Shown in pieces: positions 9,152-17,368 of a stretch of DNA of 64,000 nt (its first letter is position 1; every line of letters begins with the position of its first letter). The stretch comes from Nanobdellota archaeon. GTDB taxonomy: Archaea; Nanobdellota; Nanobdellia; JAAOXT01. The stretch is from contig JAAOXT010000017.1 in NCBI GenBank assembly GCA_018221045.1, forward strand, positions 6,356 through 70,355. Reading direction: 5' to 3'. The position numbers and the translations under genes were made by a program. A model generated the notes under the pieces. That model was given only the letters and a program-made list of their open reading frames with translations. It ran no database searches and was not told where the DNA came from.

Positions 9152-9985
9152 GTGATTTTCAACGCGCACACCCATTACATCCTTCCAGGCAATTCGTGCT
9201 GGATTAGTGATTATAGAAAGATTACTCACGGGTTTTGGAAGCAACAACTAATAGATAATGGCGTGGTTGGCGCGTTAGCAATGTATTGTCCGCCAACATT
9301 GCCTTTCCCTAAAACCAATTTATTCGAAGAAAACAAAGAGATATGGAAGGCGTTAAAAAAAGATGATAGCCTAATTTGGGTTCCTTTTGCAATGCTCAGC
9401 CCTTCACAAAACACTCCTGAACAGTTAAAGAGCTTGGTCAAAAATCATGGTTTCAAAGGGTTAAAGCTCATATCCGTTTTTGATAATAAAGCGTACGACC
9501 CGGAGAGAGATGGAGGTTTATTGATGATGGCCAAAGAACTTAAGATTCCTACAATGATTCACTCAGGGTGGAGGGAGGTCGCGGGTTTGGAAAAAATCAA
9601 AAAGAACATCGAGGCTTTCCCAGATCAGACTTACGTTATCGCGCACATGCGCCCTAACGAGAAAGGATGTCCTAAATCCCATTTATTCTTGTTAAAAGAT
9701 TTTATGGAACGAGGTATAAAAGTTTTCGGCGAGTTGAGTTATGTTGACCATCCGAATCGAGTGTTTGACGCCGTCCAAATGAGTCTTGAAAACAGGTTAT
9801 TATGGGGTGATGACTTGCCTTGGGGCGGGGCTAACACTTACACCAATTTAGCGAAAGTTGTTTGTGCACCAATAAATCAAGAGTCCAAGAATAAAATTCT
9901 TTACGAGAACGCTGTAAAACTTTTTAAGCTTGAGAAAGTCCTCTCCAGGAACAGAATACTTGGCGAACAAGAAAGAAATAAATAA
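9152..9985 (+). CDS. metal-dependent amidohydrolase (amidohydrolase-2/TIM-barrel family)
   Basis: 277 aa with an N-terminal 'NAHTHY' metal-binding HxH-like motif and a C-terminal 'WGDDLPW' motif. Confidence 0.45.
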   Translation: MIFNAHTHYILPGNSCWISDYRKITHGFWKQQLIDNGVVGALAMYCPPTLPFPKTNLFEENKEIWKALKKDDSLIWVPFAMLSPSQNTPEQLKSLVKNHGFKGLKLISVFDNKAYDPERDGGLLMMAKELKIPTMIHSGWREVAGLEKIKKNIEAFPDQTYVIAHMRPNEKGCPKSHLFLLKDFMERGIKVFGELSYVDHPNRVFDAVQMSLENRLLWGDDLPWGGANTYTNLAKVVCAPINQESKNKILYENAVKLFKLEKVLSRNRILGEQERNK

Positions 9986-10012
9986 TGCGTCTCAATTATT
10001 ATTAATGATTAA

Positions 10013-10498
10013 ATGAAAGAACATAAAAGGCCGGGCTGGGATGAGTACTTTATGGGCATTGTTCGAGAAGTTGCTAAGCGAGCCACCTGTGACCGCGGAA
10101 GGAACTCTGCAATAATCGTGAAGAACAAGCGAATCATCGCTACTGGTTATGTCGGCGCCCCCGTAGGTTTAAACCATTGTGATGAAGTTGGGCACTTGAT
10201 TAAAGAGGTTTACGACGAGGACGGCAACGTTAAGAAACATTGTGTTCGCACCACCCACGCGGAGCAGAACGCTATTGCTCAAGCAGCGAGGTTCGGGGTG
10301 AGCATTGATGGAGGCACGATTTATACTAAAATGGAACCCTGCTTGGACTGCACCAAACTCTTAATCAACGCGGGGATTAAAAGGGTGGTGGCTGAGAAGC
10401 TCTATCACGACGGAGAGTTAAGTAGACGGTTCTTAAAGGACGCAGGAGTCAAGCTAGTAGTGTTGAACGAAGAAGTGGAGGAGTACAAAGAACAGTAA
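10013..10498 (+). CDS. dCMP deaminase (cytidine/deoxycytidylate deaminase zinc-binding family)
   Basis: Zinc ligand motifs 'HAEQNAI' and 'PCLDCTKLLINAGIKRVV'. Confidence 0.8.
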   Translation: MKEHKRPGWDEYFMGIVREVAKRATCDRGRNSAIIVKNKRIIATGYVGAPVGLNHCDEVGHLIKEVYDEDGNVKKHCVRTTHAEQNAIAQAARFGVSIDGGTIYTKMEPCLDCTKLLINAGIKRVVAEKLYHDGELSRRFLKDAGVKLVVLNEEVEEYKEQ

Positions 10499-10547
10499 AA
10501 GAAAACCGAAACCTTTTTCGCTAGTTCTTAACTATCTTTACCTTAAA

Positions 10548-11093
10548 ATGAATGGTGTAAAAGTGCAGAACATTGTCGCATCCGTGAACCTGTTCGCCTC
10601 CCTCATAAATTTGGAAAAACTTGCAAAAAATCTTGATAACGTAACTTACGATCCGTCAAGGTTTCCTGGTGCGTGCCTCAAACTGAAAGACCCGAAAGTC
10701 TCTATTCTCATCTTCACTTCAGGTAAAATCGTGGTTTCCGGGTCGAAAACAGAGGAAGACATGCATTCCGCTATAAAAAAGGTCAAGAAAAAGCTTAGAA
10801 AACTAGGGGTCAGATTCAAAAAAAGTTATGACGCGAAGATACAGAACGTTGTCGCGTCCGGCGACGTGGGTTTTAAGATTAACTTGAACAAGCTGGCGTT
10901 CAAGGCTGAAGACACTGAGTACAACCCGGAACAATTTCCTGGCCTAGTGCACAAGCCTTCAGGCTCAAACCTAAGTTTTCTTTTGTTCAACACGGGTAAA
11001 ATCGTGTGCACTGGAGCGAAAAGCAAAAAAGAGATTGTTAATGGTAGAAGAAAGCTTGTGGCTTACTTGAAATCCTTAGGGTTTCATAAATAA
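10548..11093 (+). CDS. tbp: TATA-box binding protein
   Basis: Two TBP repeats: 'QNIVASVNL...FPGACLKLKDPKVSILIFTSGKIVVSGSK' and 'IQNVVASGDV...FPGLVHKPSGSNLSFLLFNTGKIVCTGAKS'. Confidence 0.9.
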   Translation: MNGVKVQNIVASVNLFASLINLEKLAKNLDNVTYDPSRFPGACLKLKDPKVSILIFTSGKIVVSGSKTEEDMHSAIKKVKKKLRKLGVRFKKSYDAKIQNVVASGDVGFKINLNKLAFKAEDTEYNPEQFPGLVHKPSGSNLSFLLFNTGKIVCTGAKSKKEIVNGRRKLVAYLKSLGFHK

Positions 11094-11149
11094 TTAAATG
11101 CTCTGATAGGAATTGAGAAGTTGCATTCAGTCAAAAAAACGGGATTTCT

Positions 11150-11458
11150 ATGGCGAACTCCAGAAAAAAAAGTTCGTTAAGTTTAAAAAAGGCTTTACTC
11201 CTTAATGAAAGCATGGCAAAAATAACAAATACAAATGTTAAAACAGGAATTGTTAAAGACATGAGAAATACTTACGGGTTCATCACACCTGACGAAGGTG
11301 AAAAAGACATATTTGTTCATGAAAGTAACTCAAAAGAACGTCTTAGTAAAGGAGACAAAGTTGAATTCGAAATAGAACAAGCACCAAAAGGACCTAGAGC
11401 AATAAACGTAAAAAAAATTAAAAACGAAAACGTGAAAAAAGCAAGCAAAGAAGAATAA
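11150..11458 (+). CDS. cold-shock domain protein
   Basis: The CSD core 'KTGIVKDMRNTYGFITPDEGEKDIFVHES...GDKVEFEIEQAPKGPRAINV' is present. The start may instead be the internal ATG at 11213. Confidence 0.6.
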   Translation: MANSRKKSSLSLKKALLLNESMAKITNTNVKTGIVKDMRNTYGFITPDEGEKDIFVHESNSKERLSKGDKVEFEIEQAPKGPRAINVKKIKNENVKKASKEE

Positions 11459-11538
11459 GAAAGAAAGAACACTTTCTTTTGAATATCCTAACAAAAATCT
11501 TTAACTTTTTTTTATTATTAGACATTACACTTAGTGCC

Positions 11539-11570
11539 GGGGTGTAGATAGAACTCGAAACCGCTGAATT
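11539..11570. repeat. left copy of a 32-bp inverted repeat pair (GGGGTGTAGATAGAACTCGAAACCGCTGAATT)
   Basis: It matches the reverse complement of 14411-14442 at 29 of 32 positions. It lies 80 nt downstream of csp and at the far end of the four-gene minus-strand cassette. Confidence 0.75.
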
Positions 11571-11692
11571 TGGAACATTGGATTTTCAATTAGTTTTTTT
11601 ATTCATCCTATTCTACCAGTCCACTTTAAGAATAAAATAAGGATAAAAATCAAAAAATTCTTCAAAGAATTAGTAAAAAAGATAAGTTGACC

Positions 11693-11977
11693 TTAAGCCA
11701 ATGACTTAAGGTAAGAAAGAACAGCGCTCTGACTTTTAATCTCGTTACCGAAATCCTGAATCCCAGGGCCCATTACAAACCTTTGAGACAAGTTCTCAAA
11801 AACTCTTAATTCACCTGTAAAAATTTTCTCAAACTTTTCAACAAGTTTATACAAATCTTTTTTAGGAAAAGAGCCAACGTCCTTCAAATCAATCAAACTT
11901 CCATCCAAACTAATCTGAGAAGGAATGACTCCAAACCTTGTTTCAATAAAATTTTCCATAACTAAATTCACCTCCAA
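11693..11977 (-). CDS. hypothetical protein (cassette gene D)
   Basis: 94-aa ORF, the last gene of the co-oriented cassette. Low GC and CpG-poor. Confidence 0.4.
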   Translation of the reverse strand: MEVNLVMENFIETRFGVIPSQISLDGSLIDLKDVGSFPKKDLYKLVEKFEKIFTGELRVFENLSQRFVMGPGIQDFGNEIKSQSAVLSYLKSLA

Positions 11978-12354
11978 GTAAACAAAAAAAACTTTCCAAG
12001 ATAAAACAGGAAAATTATTTCAAAATCAAAAACGTCTTTAAAACAACACTTTTTTTTTCTTAATTGTTCTTAAATACATAAAACGACCCCCTACTTTTAA
12101 GCTTTTTGATTTGCTTCCATCAGGATTGGGAGCAAAACAAGACGAAAATACTGCAACTAAAACCTCGTGAACTAACGCGTTATAACGTTTCTCAAAGAAC
12201 GTTTTGGGATGTTAAAAACAAGATAAAAGAGGGAAAGGATGGGAAGATAAGGGAAAACACGAAAAAAAAGATTTTGAACTTTATTGTATCTTACCAAAGC
12301 AGCCAGAAAAAATCTCTTACGCCAAAGGATTATTAGTTTTTAAAAGACTCATTT

Positions 12355-13173
12355 TCAAGTGGTTTTTTTGGATCTTCTTTTTTCTACGAATAATCTTGAT
12401 ATAGGGTCATAAGGATATGTGCCTTTTCCTTTAGTTATTATTTTTCCAGAAGTCATTCCTTTTCCTATATGGCCTCCCACATTCCCAAGGACATGTATTG
12501 TTCCTCCTCGCATTTCTTTTCCTAAGAAGTCTCCAGTGTCGCCTTTGATTATTATTTGTCCGCCTCTCATCCATTTCCCGGCCGTTCCACCTACGCTTCC
12601 GTTAACAAGGATTTCTCCGTCCCGCATCTCGCTTCCCAGGTTTTCTCCAGTGTTTCCTTCAATGATAAGTTCTCCATCACACATTTTTGAACCTGCGAAT
12701 GCTCCTGCATTTCCTTCAACAACCATTCTTCCTCCTTGAAGCATGTGATACCCTGCCCGGCTTCCAACGTCGCCCTCAACTGTCAAAGTTTTTTCTGTTA
12801 GAAAACATCCTAAGTGTCGTATTCCTGTTAGTTCGTTGTCGCATTTGTTTTGCATTCCTGGAATTTTGATTTCGTCTTCTGGAATGGTTTTCATCATTGC
12901 TGACAAAAAGATACCATCTACTCCTTTGAAGTCTTTTTTTTCACAGAATGAGTATAAAACATCGTTGTCAATCTTGAGTTCAGAGTCAACTAAAAGTAAT
13001 TGAGCGTAAAAAAAATCTCCTTTATGTGATTGGAAGGGAGAAGGAAAAGCATAACTCATTAATTCTTGAAATAAGGGTTGAAGAGGTTTTTTTAATCCAG
13101 GTAATGAATATTCTCCTCCTATACTTGTGTTTGTTCTCCATGTTTCAAGTATTTTTTCGAGTTTCGTAATCAT
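12355..13173 (-). CDS. GXGXXG-repeat beta-helix protein (GltB C-terminal domain / FwdC-like)
   Basis: At least five tandem repeats of the form G-x2-G-x2-G-x-x-M-x-x-G-x-I/L-x-V/I-x-G, for example 'GNAGAFAGSKMCDGELIIEGNTGENLGSEMRDGEILVNGSVGGTAGKWMRGGQIIIKGDTGDFLGKEMRGGTIHVLG'. This is diagnostic of the glutamate synthase alpha-subunit C-terminal/FwdC domain. The N-terminal 120 aa are unrelated. Confidence 0.75.
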   Translation of the reverse strand: MITKLEKILETWRTNTSIGGEYSLPGLKKPLQPLFQELMSYAFPSPFQSHKGDFFYAQLLLVDSELKIDNDVLYSFCEKKDFKGVDGIFLSAMMKTIPEDEIKIPGMQNKCDNELTGIRHLGCFLTEKTLTVEGDVGSRAGYHMLQGGRMVVEGNAGAFAGSKMCDGELIIEGNTGENLGSEMRDGEILVNGSVGGTAGKWMRGGQIIIKGDTGDFLGKEMRGGTIHVLGNVGGHIGKGMTSGKIITKGKGTYPYDPISRLFVEKRRSKKTT

Positions 13174-13277
13174 TGAACTTTGAAAAAAGAGATTCAGGTT
13201 TTAAAACCTTTCCCAAATAAAAAAATCAGATGTTTCTATAAAGTATATTTTAAATTAGTAGTTATAAAACGAAAGAT

Positions 13278-13613
13278 TTACTCTTTTACAGCCAGACCTC
13301 TTACTGAACGATCTTGCGGATGAATGAATGCTAATACGTCTCTTCCAACTAAATCGTCTATACTGTCAACATTCATTTCTTCCATAAATAGCGCAAATAC
13401 TTCTTCTCCAATTAACCAATAATGTCTGAAACTCCCTCTTAAACCTTTTCCAGATTCTTGCAATCCCATCTGCACGACATCTTCATCACCATAGGACTTT
13501 TCCGCTACTTCTGCAGATTCAATTATAAATTGACTTCCGACAGTTCCAACTGGAAGACCAAGATCTTCAAATTTGTATTTTCCAAAACTTTGATATATAT
13601 TCATTTTATTCAC
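13278..13613 (-). CDS. hypothetical protein (cassette gene B), translationally coupled to the upstream gene by an ATGA overlap
   Basis: 111-aa ORF. Its start overlaps the stop of 13610..14320. Confidence 0.45.
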   Translation of the reverse strand: MNKMNIYQSFGKYKFEDLGLPVGTVGSQFIIESAEVAEKSYGDEDVVQMGLQESGKGLRGSFRHYWLIGEEVFALFMEEMNVDSIDDLVGRDVLAFIHPQDRSVRGLAVKE

Positions 13614-14320
13614 TTCGATTTTGACTTAAAAAGTTCTAAAGTAACGTCATATAAAGTTTTTCCTTCTATAATATCTAAGTAAGCTACAGATAGACGTTGA
13701 TCACCAATTGTGGCAATTATATTTTCTCTGCCAGATGTTGATAATGATAATGATCCAATGACTCCTTCAAAGGTTTCGCCATTATACAAGCCCCCATATT
13801 TTTCGTTACTTTTCACTTTCATTCCAGCTCTCCAAATTCCATGTTTTGAGCTATAAACTTCTTGTAAATCTTTTTTTAAATCATAAGCGCCTTCACACTT
13901 TCCCCCAAACTTAAATGAACAGTTATGACAGAGTTTTATATATCTCGCAATTGTTTCACCTTCTAATTCATGGGCAGCAATGAAAAGGTTTTGAATCTCT
14001 TCTTGACTTCTATTTATTTTTTGAAGACCTGTTCTATCAGCAGTTATCCTTTCGTATACATGCATTTTTTTATAATACTCTTCCATATCATTATATTGAC
14101 AATGATCTGGAAGTAATTTCTCTAAAAGTCCAGGGTAATGTGGTGACATAAAAGAATAACTATCAAGAGATTTGTCTATAGCTTCGCAAAGCTGCTTTTT
14201 CTCATGGTTTTTGCGGTCAGATTCAGACATTTTAGGTTCCAAAACTTGTGGTTCAGATTTAGATCTTCCAAACAATTTTTTGAGTCGTTCTTTCATTAGA
14301 AGCTTCAAACCAAAACCCAT
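13610..14320 (-). CDS. hypothetical protein (cassette gene A). It has a weak, unverified resemblance to the class-II (Ntn) glutamine amidotransferase segment 'GxxxxSTSG'.
   Basis: 236-aa ORF, the first gene of the cassette. It contains 'CHNCSFKFGGKCEGAY' and 'VIGSLSLSTSGRENI'. Composition is low GC and CpG-depleted. Confidence 0.45.
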   Translation of the reverse strand: MGFGLKLLMKERLKKLFGRSKSEPQVLEPKMSESDRKNHEKKQLCEAIDKSLDSYSFMSPHYPGLLEKLLPDHCQYNDMEEYYKKMHVYERITADRTGLQKINRSQEEIQNLFIAAHELEGETIARYIKLCHNCSFKFGGKCEGAYDLKKDLQEVYSSKHGIWRAGMKVKSNEKYGGLYNGETFEGVIGSLSLSTSGRENIIATIGDQRLSVAYLDIIEGKTLYDVTLELFKSKSK

Positions 14321-14334
14321 TTATAAGGTTTTCG

Positions 14335-14348
14335 CTACTGTTCAGTAG
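14335..14348. promoter_or_regulatory. 6-2-6 perfect palindrome CTACTGttCAGTAG in the promoter region of cassette gene A
   Basis: Seen directly in the sequence. It lies between the right IR and the gene A start at 14320, and its form is typical of a dimeric wHTH operator. Confidence 0.3.
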
Positions 14349-14410
14349 TGTTTTCTTAAAGGTTTTTGGATCACTCTTTGAATTGAATCAAGAACACTAA
14401 TTTTTTCTAT

Positions 14411-14442
14411 AATTCAGCGGTTTCGACATCTATCTATACCCC
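14411..14442. repeat. right copy of the 32-bp inverted repeat (plus strand AATTCAGCGGTTTCGACATCTATCTATACCCC)
   Basis: Reverse complement of 11539-11570 with three mismatches. It sits 10 nt from the 3' end of tRNA-Glu and 90 nt upstream of cassette gene A. Confidence 0.75.
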
Positions 14443-14452
14443 TTAATCTCTA

Positions 14453-14576
14453 TGCCCCTGCCGGGATTTGAACCCGGGTCACAAGCTATCTCCAAACTTT
14501 TGGTTTTTTGATTAAACTTTTTTTCTAAAAAGTTTATGAGAGGCTTGCATGCTTGGCCGAACTACACTACAGGAGC
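14453..14576 (-). tRNA. tRNA-Glu(CUC) with an intron of about 48 nt
   Basis: Hand-folded on the minus strand. The acceptor GCTCCTG pairs with CAGGGGC, including one G-U pair. The D-arm GTGTAGTTCGGCCAAGCAT closely resembles archaeal tRNA-Glu. The anticodon stem CAAGC/GCTTG carries the loop CUCUCA|intron|A, giving anticodon CUC. The T-arm is CCGGG-TTCAAAT-CCCGG. Confidence 0.7.
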
Positions 14577-14658
14577 TATTCACACTTCTTTGGTCTAAAC
14601 GCTTTTTTAAAGTTTTTCAAAACTTTTAAAACAATCAGATTACCGAATTGATTAATTA

Positions 14659-15528
14659 ATGAAAATTGGTTTCGTGGGAGCGGGAAGGGTTGGCAAAAGT
14701 CTAGCGTTCCTGTTCAAAAGAGCCAAGCACGAAGTAATCGGGGTTTACAGCAGAACCCAAAACTCGTGCAACGAGTTCACAAAGTTTGTTGGCAACGGCA
14801 AAACCTTCGAGAACCTAAAAGAACTGGCAAAAGAATGCGAAGTCGTGTTCATCACGACCAACGACGACTCCATACAACAAGTCTGCGAGGGTTTAAGCCC
14901 ATACTTGTCCAGCGAACAGTTCGTGTTCCACTGCAGCGGACTACTAACCACCCAAGCCCTCACTTCAGCGAAAGCAAAAGGCTGCGAGGTCGGCGCCATG
15001 CACCCAATACAAAGCATTCCGAACCCGCACTACGGCATCATGAACCTTCCCCACTCATACTTCGACATCCAGTGCAGTCCAGGAGCCGAATTAGTGGCTG
15101 AAAGACTTGTCAAAGACTTGAAATGCACTCCCATCAAAATCCTACCAGAAGAAAAAGTTTACAACCACTTAGCGTCATGCATGGTTTCAAACTATCAAGT
15201 ATCCTTATTTGACGCGGCCCTAAAACTATACGAAAACACGAGCATAAGCAAAGACTTGGCTTCACAAATGCTCTCCCACTTATCAAAACAGACAGTCATA
15301 AACCTCGAGAACCTCGGACCGTTACGCGCCCTAACCGGACCCATAATGAGAGGTGATGTTGGAACAGTCAAAAAACACTTGAAAAGCATAAAAGACGATA
15401 ACGTGATGATCCTATACCAAAAAGTTGGATTAATACTCCTAAAACTTGCGGAACAAAGAGGCAGAATAAAGAAAAAGCAAGCCGAACAAATCAAAAACTT
15501 GCTCGAAAACACCGATAAACACGGCTAA
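14659..15528 (+). CDS. NAD(P)-binding Rossmann-fold oxidoreductase (ProC/F420-oxidoreductase-like, DUF2520-type)
   Basis: The N-terminal 'MKIGFVGAGRVGKSLA' is a dinucleotide-binding GxGxxG motif. The protein is 289 aa. Confidence 0.5.
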   Translation: MKIGFVGAGRVGKSLAFLFKRAKHEVIGVYSRTQNSCNEFTKFVGNGKTFENLKELAKECEVVFITTNDDSIQQVCEGLSPYLSSEQFVFHCSGLLTTQALTSAKAKGCEVGAMHPIQSIPNPHYGIMNLPHSYFDIQCSPGAELVAERLVKDLKCTPIKILPEEKVYNHLASCMVSNYQVSLFDAALKLYENTSISKDLASQMLSHLSKQTVINLENLGPLRALTGPIMRGDVGTVKKHLKSIKDDNVMILYQKVGLILLKLAEQRGRIKKKQAEQIKNLLENTDKHG

Positions 15529-15730
15529 TTTTACAATTTTTTAGTGGTAAGAAACATTTAAAAATAGGAAATGTTCAGAAGTTCAATGCAGGTGTTAAAA
15601 CAGAAATGTTTTGAGAATACTGGTTCCTTCGGGATTCAACTGTTTGGAAGCTCCGCCTTCGGGTGTCTTTCCGCCTGCACTAATAATCCCTTTCTAAAGA
15701 TTTAATAATCTAGAAACAATTCAGATAGAA

Positions 15731-16054
15731 TCAAGCCACGGCCAATCCTTCTTCAAGGTTTAGAGCACTTCTCTTAAGTTCGTTCCGGAAAAAACTCAAG
15801 CCCTTAGTATTATCTATCGCTTCAAAAACCTTTTCAAGCTGGCTCGGATCATCAGTCACGGGAACTAAAATGTTCTTCCTAACGTCTAAAGGATTGGAAA
15901 CCTTCTTAACAAAGTTATTCTTAAGAGCTTCGGCAATCCTGTCCCTGCCCGTCCTTTTTGAACTGAACTGTCCTGAAACGTAACCAGTCGTGGGCAATTC
16001 ATTGTTAACCTTAATGTAATTGAGTACAACGTTTTTAACCTCATAAACCATCAT
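15731..16054 (-). CDS. hypothetical protein
   Basis: 107-aa ORF with no recognisable motif. Confidence 0.35.
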   Translation of the reverse strand: MMVYEVKNVVLNYIKVNNELPTTGYVSGQFSSKRTGRDRIAEALKNNFVKKVSNPLDVRKNILVPVTDDPSQLEKVFEAIDNTKGLSFFRNELKRSALNLEEGLAVA

Positions 16055-16203
16055 AAATCACTATTTTACCACTATAAAGTAGTTATTTATAAGTGTTTTT
16101 GTTGTGGTGGTTCCGCGCCCAGAATAGCCTTTTTTACGCGCAAAGCCCTAAACAGTCCTGCTTTATTGTTGTGAAGTTTTTTATAATAGTTTTTTCAGAG
16201 TTA

Positions 16204-17334
16204 ATGTTTAAAATGGGCAGAGCTTTCTGGTCGGCTGTCGCCGCAATTATTGGAACCACGATCGGGGCAGGAGTTCTCGCCCTACCTTACGCTTTCTCTC
16301 AATCCGGCTACGCTTTCGGAATGCTTAACCTGATCATCGCGGGAGGAGCATCCACTTTCATGAGCCTTTACGTGGGCGAAGTCGCTCTGCGAACCAAAAA
16401 GGTTAGTCAGTTATCTGGTTTGGCTGGCAAGTATTTAGGCGCTAACGCTAAAAAGTTCATGTTCGGGCTTCAAGCGTTGAGCATTTACGCTGCCCTGATG
16501 GCTTACCTCATAGGAATAGGTGTTTCTGTTTCAAACTTGATTGGCGGACCGCAAATGTTTTACTCCACCATCTTCTTTTTTGTTTTCGCTCCAATCGTTT
16601 ATTTTGGTTTGAAAGCAGTGGAGGCTTCGGAAGCGTTATTGTCAGGTGTTAAGGTCTTAATGGCTATTGGGTTGAGTCTCATCCTGTTCTCCAGTTTTAA
16701 GCCAGAAAACCTCTTGTTCATGGACTCGTCGAAGGCCTTGTTTCCTTACGGCGCCAGCTTGTTCGCCTGCCTTAGCTTCAGCCTCATCCCAAACATTGAA
16801 AGAATCATGGACAAAAAGAAACGGGACATGGGGAAAGCCATTGTTGTTGGCATGGCGCTCTGCGTGTGCATTTACGCTCTGTTCACGACAAGTTTTATAG
16901 GCGCTTTTGGAAAAAATGTTCAAGAAATCGCTACAGCGAGTTTTGATGAAGGCTGGTTGAAAGTGGTTGCTGATTTGTTCGCTTTGGTCACGTTAACAAC
17001 GCCGTTCATAACTCTTTCATGGATTCTTAAAGACATTTTCATTTACGACTATGGTTGGCCTAGGCCTTGGCCATGGGTTTTCGCGGTTTTTCCCCCGCTG
17101 TTAATCGTCCTGCTGATCAACCCTTCTTTCATTCAAGCAGTGCTCGTCTCAGGCGCTTACGCTGGAAGCCTGGCTGGAATAATGATATGTCTTATCACCC
17201 TTCAAGCGAGGAAAAAAGGAGAGGAAAAACCTGATTACGTCGTGCCTTGGGGCCGGAAGCCTATGGCCGCGCTGATAGTCGTGTTCTTGGTTGGAATGGC
17301 TTACACCACTCTGCAACTGCTCGGCTTATTATAA
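16204..17334 (+). CDS. amino acid permease (Trp/Tyr-permease / AAAP-like)
   Basis: 'WSAVAAIIGTTIGAGVLALPYAFSQSGY' is typical of the amino-acid/auxin permease family. About 11 TM helices are predicted. The start is set at the internal ATG at 16204, because the track ORF begins in an unlikely hydrophobic leader. Confidence 0.65.
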   Translation: MFKMGRAFWSAVAAIIGTTIGAGVLALPYAFSQSGYAFGMLNLIIAGGASTFMSLYVGEVALRTKKVSQLSGLAGKYLGANAKKFMFGLQALSIYAALMAYLIGIGVSVSNLIGGPQMFYSTIFFFVFAPIVYFGLKAVEASEALLSGVKVLMAIGLSLILFSSFKPENLLFMDSSKALFPYGASLFACLSFSLIPNIERIMDKKKRDMGKAIVVGMALCVCIYALFTTSFIGAFGKNVQEIATASFDEGWLKVVADLFALVTLTTPFITLSWILKDIFIYDYGWPRPWPWVFAVFPPLLIVLLINPSFIQAVLVSGAYAGSLAGIMICLITLQARKKGEEKPDYVVPWGRKPMAALIVVFLVGMAYTTLQLLGLL

Positions 17335-17368
17335 AATTTTATTAAAGAGTAATGTTTATGGCAACCTC

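Noticed and set aside
11520-11580. Possible split-tRNA half or tRNA fragment at the left IR (GCCGGGGTGTAG...)
   Set aside because: No acceptable D-arm, anticodon arm or T-arm can be drawn on either strand. The resemblance is limited to a GC-rich 5' stretch.
12106-12336. 76-aa plus-strand ORF in the gap between cassette genes C and D
   Set aside because: It is a low-complexity K/E-rich translation on the strand opposite to the cassette, with no start context. Most likely spurious.
11539-14442. Inverted repeats as attL/attR of a tRNA-targeting integrative element
   Set aside because: Integrase-mediated insertions create direct repeats matching the tRNA 3' end. These repeats are inverted, do not match tRNA-Glu, and no integrase gene is present. 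I kept the observation as an IR-bracketed cassette instead.
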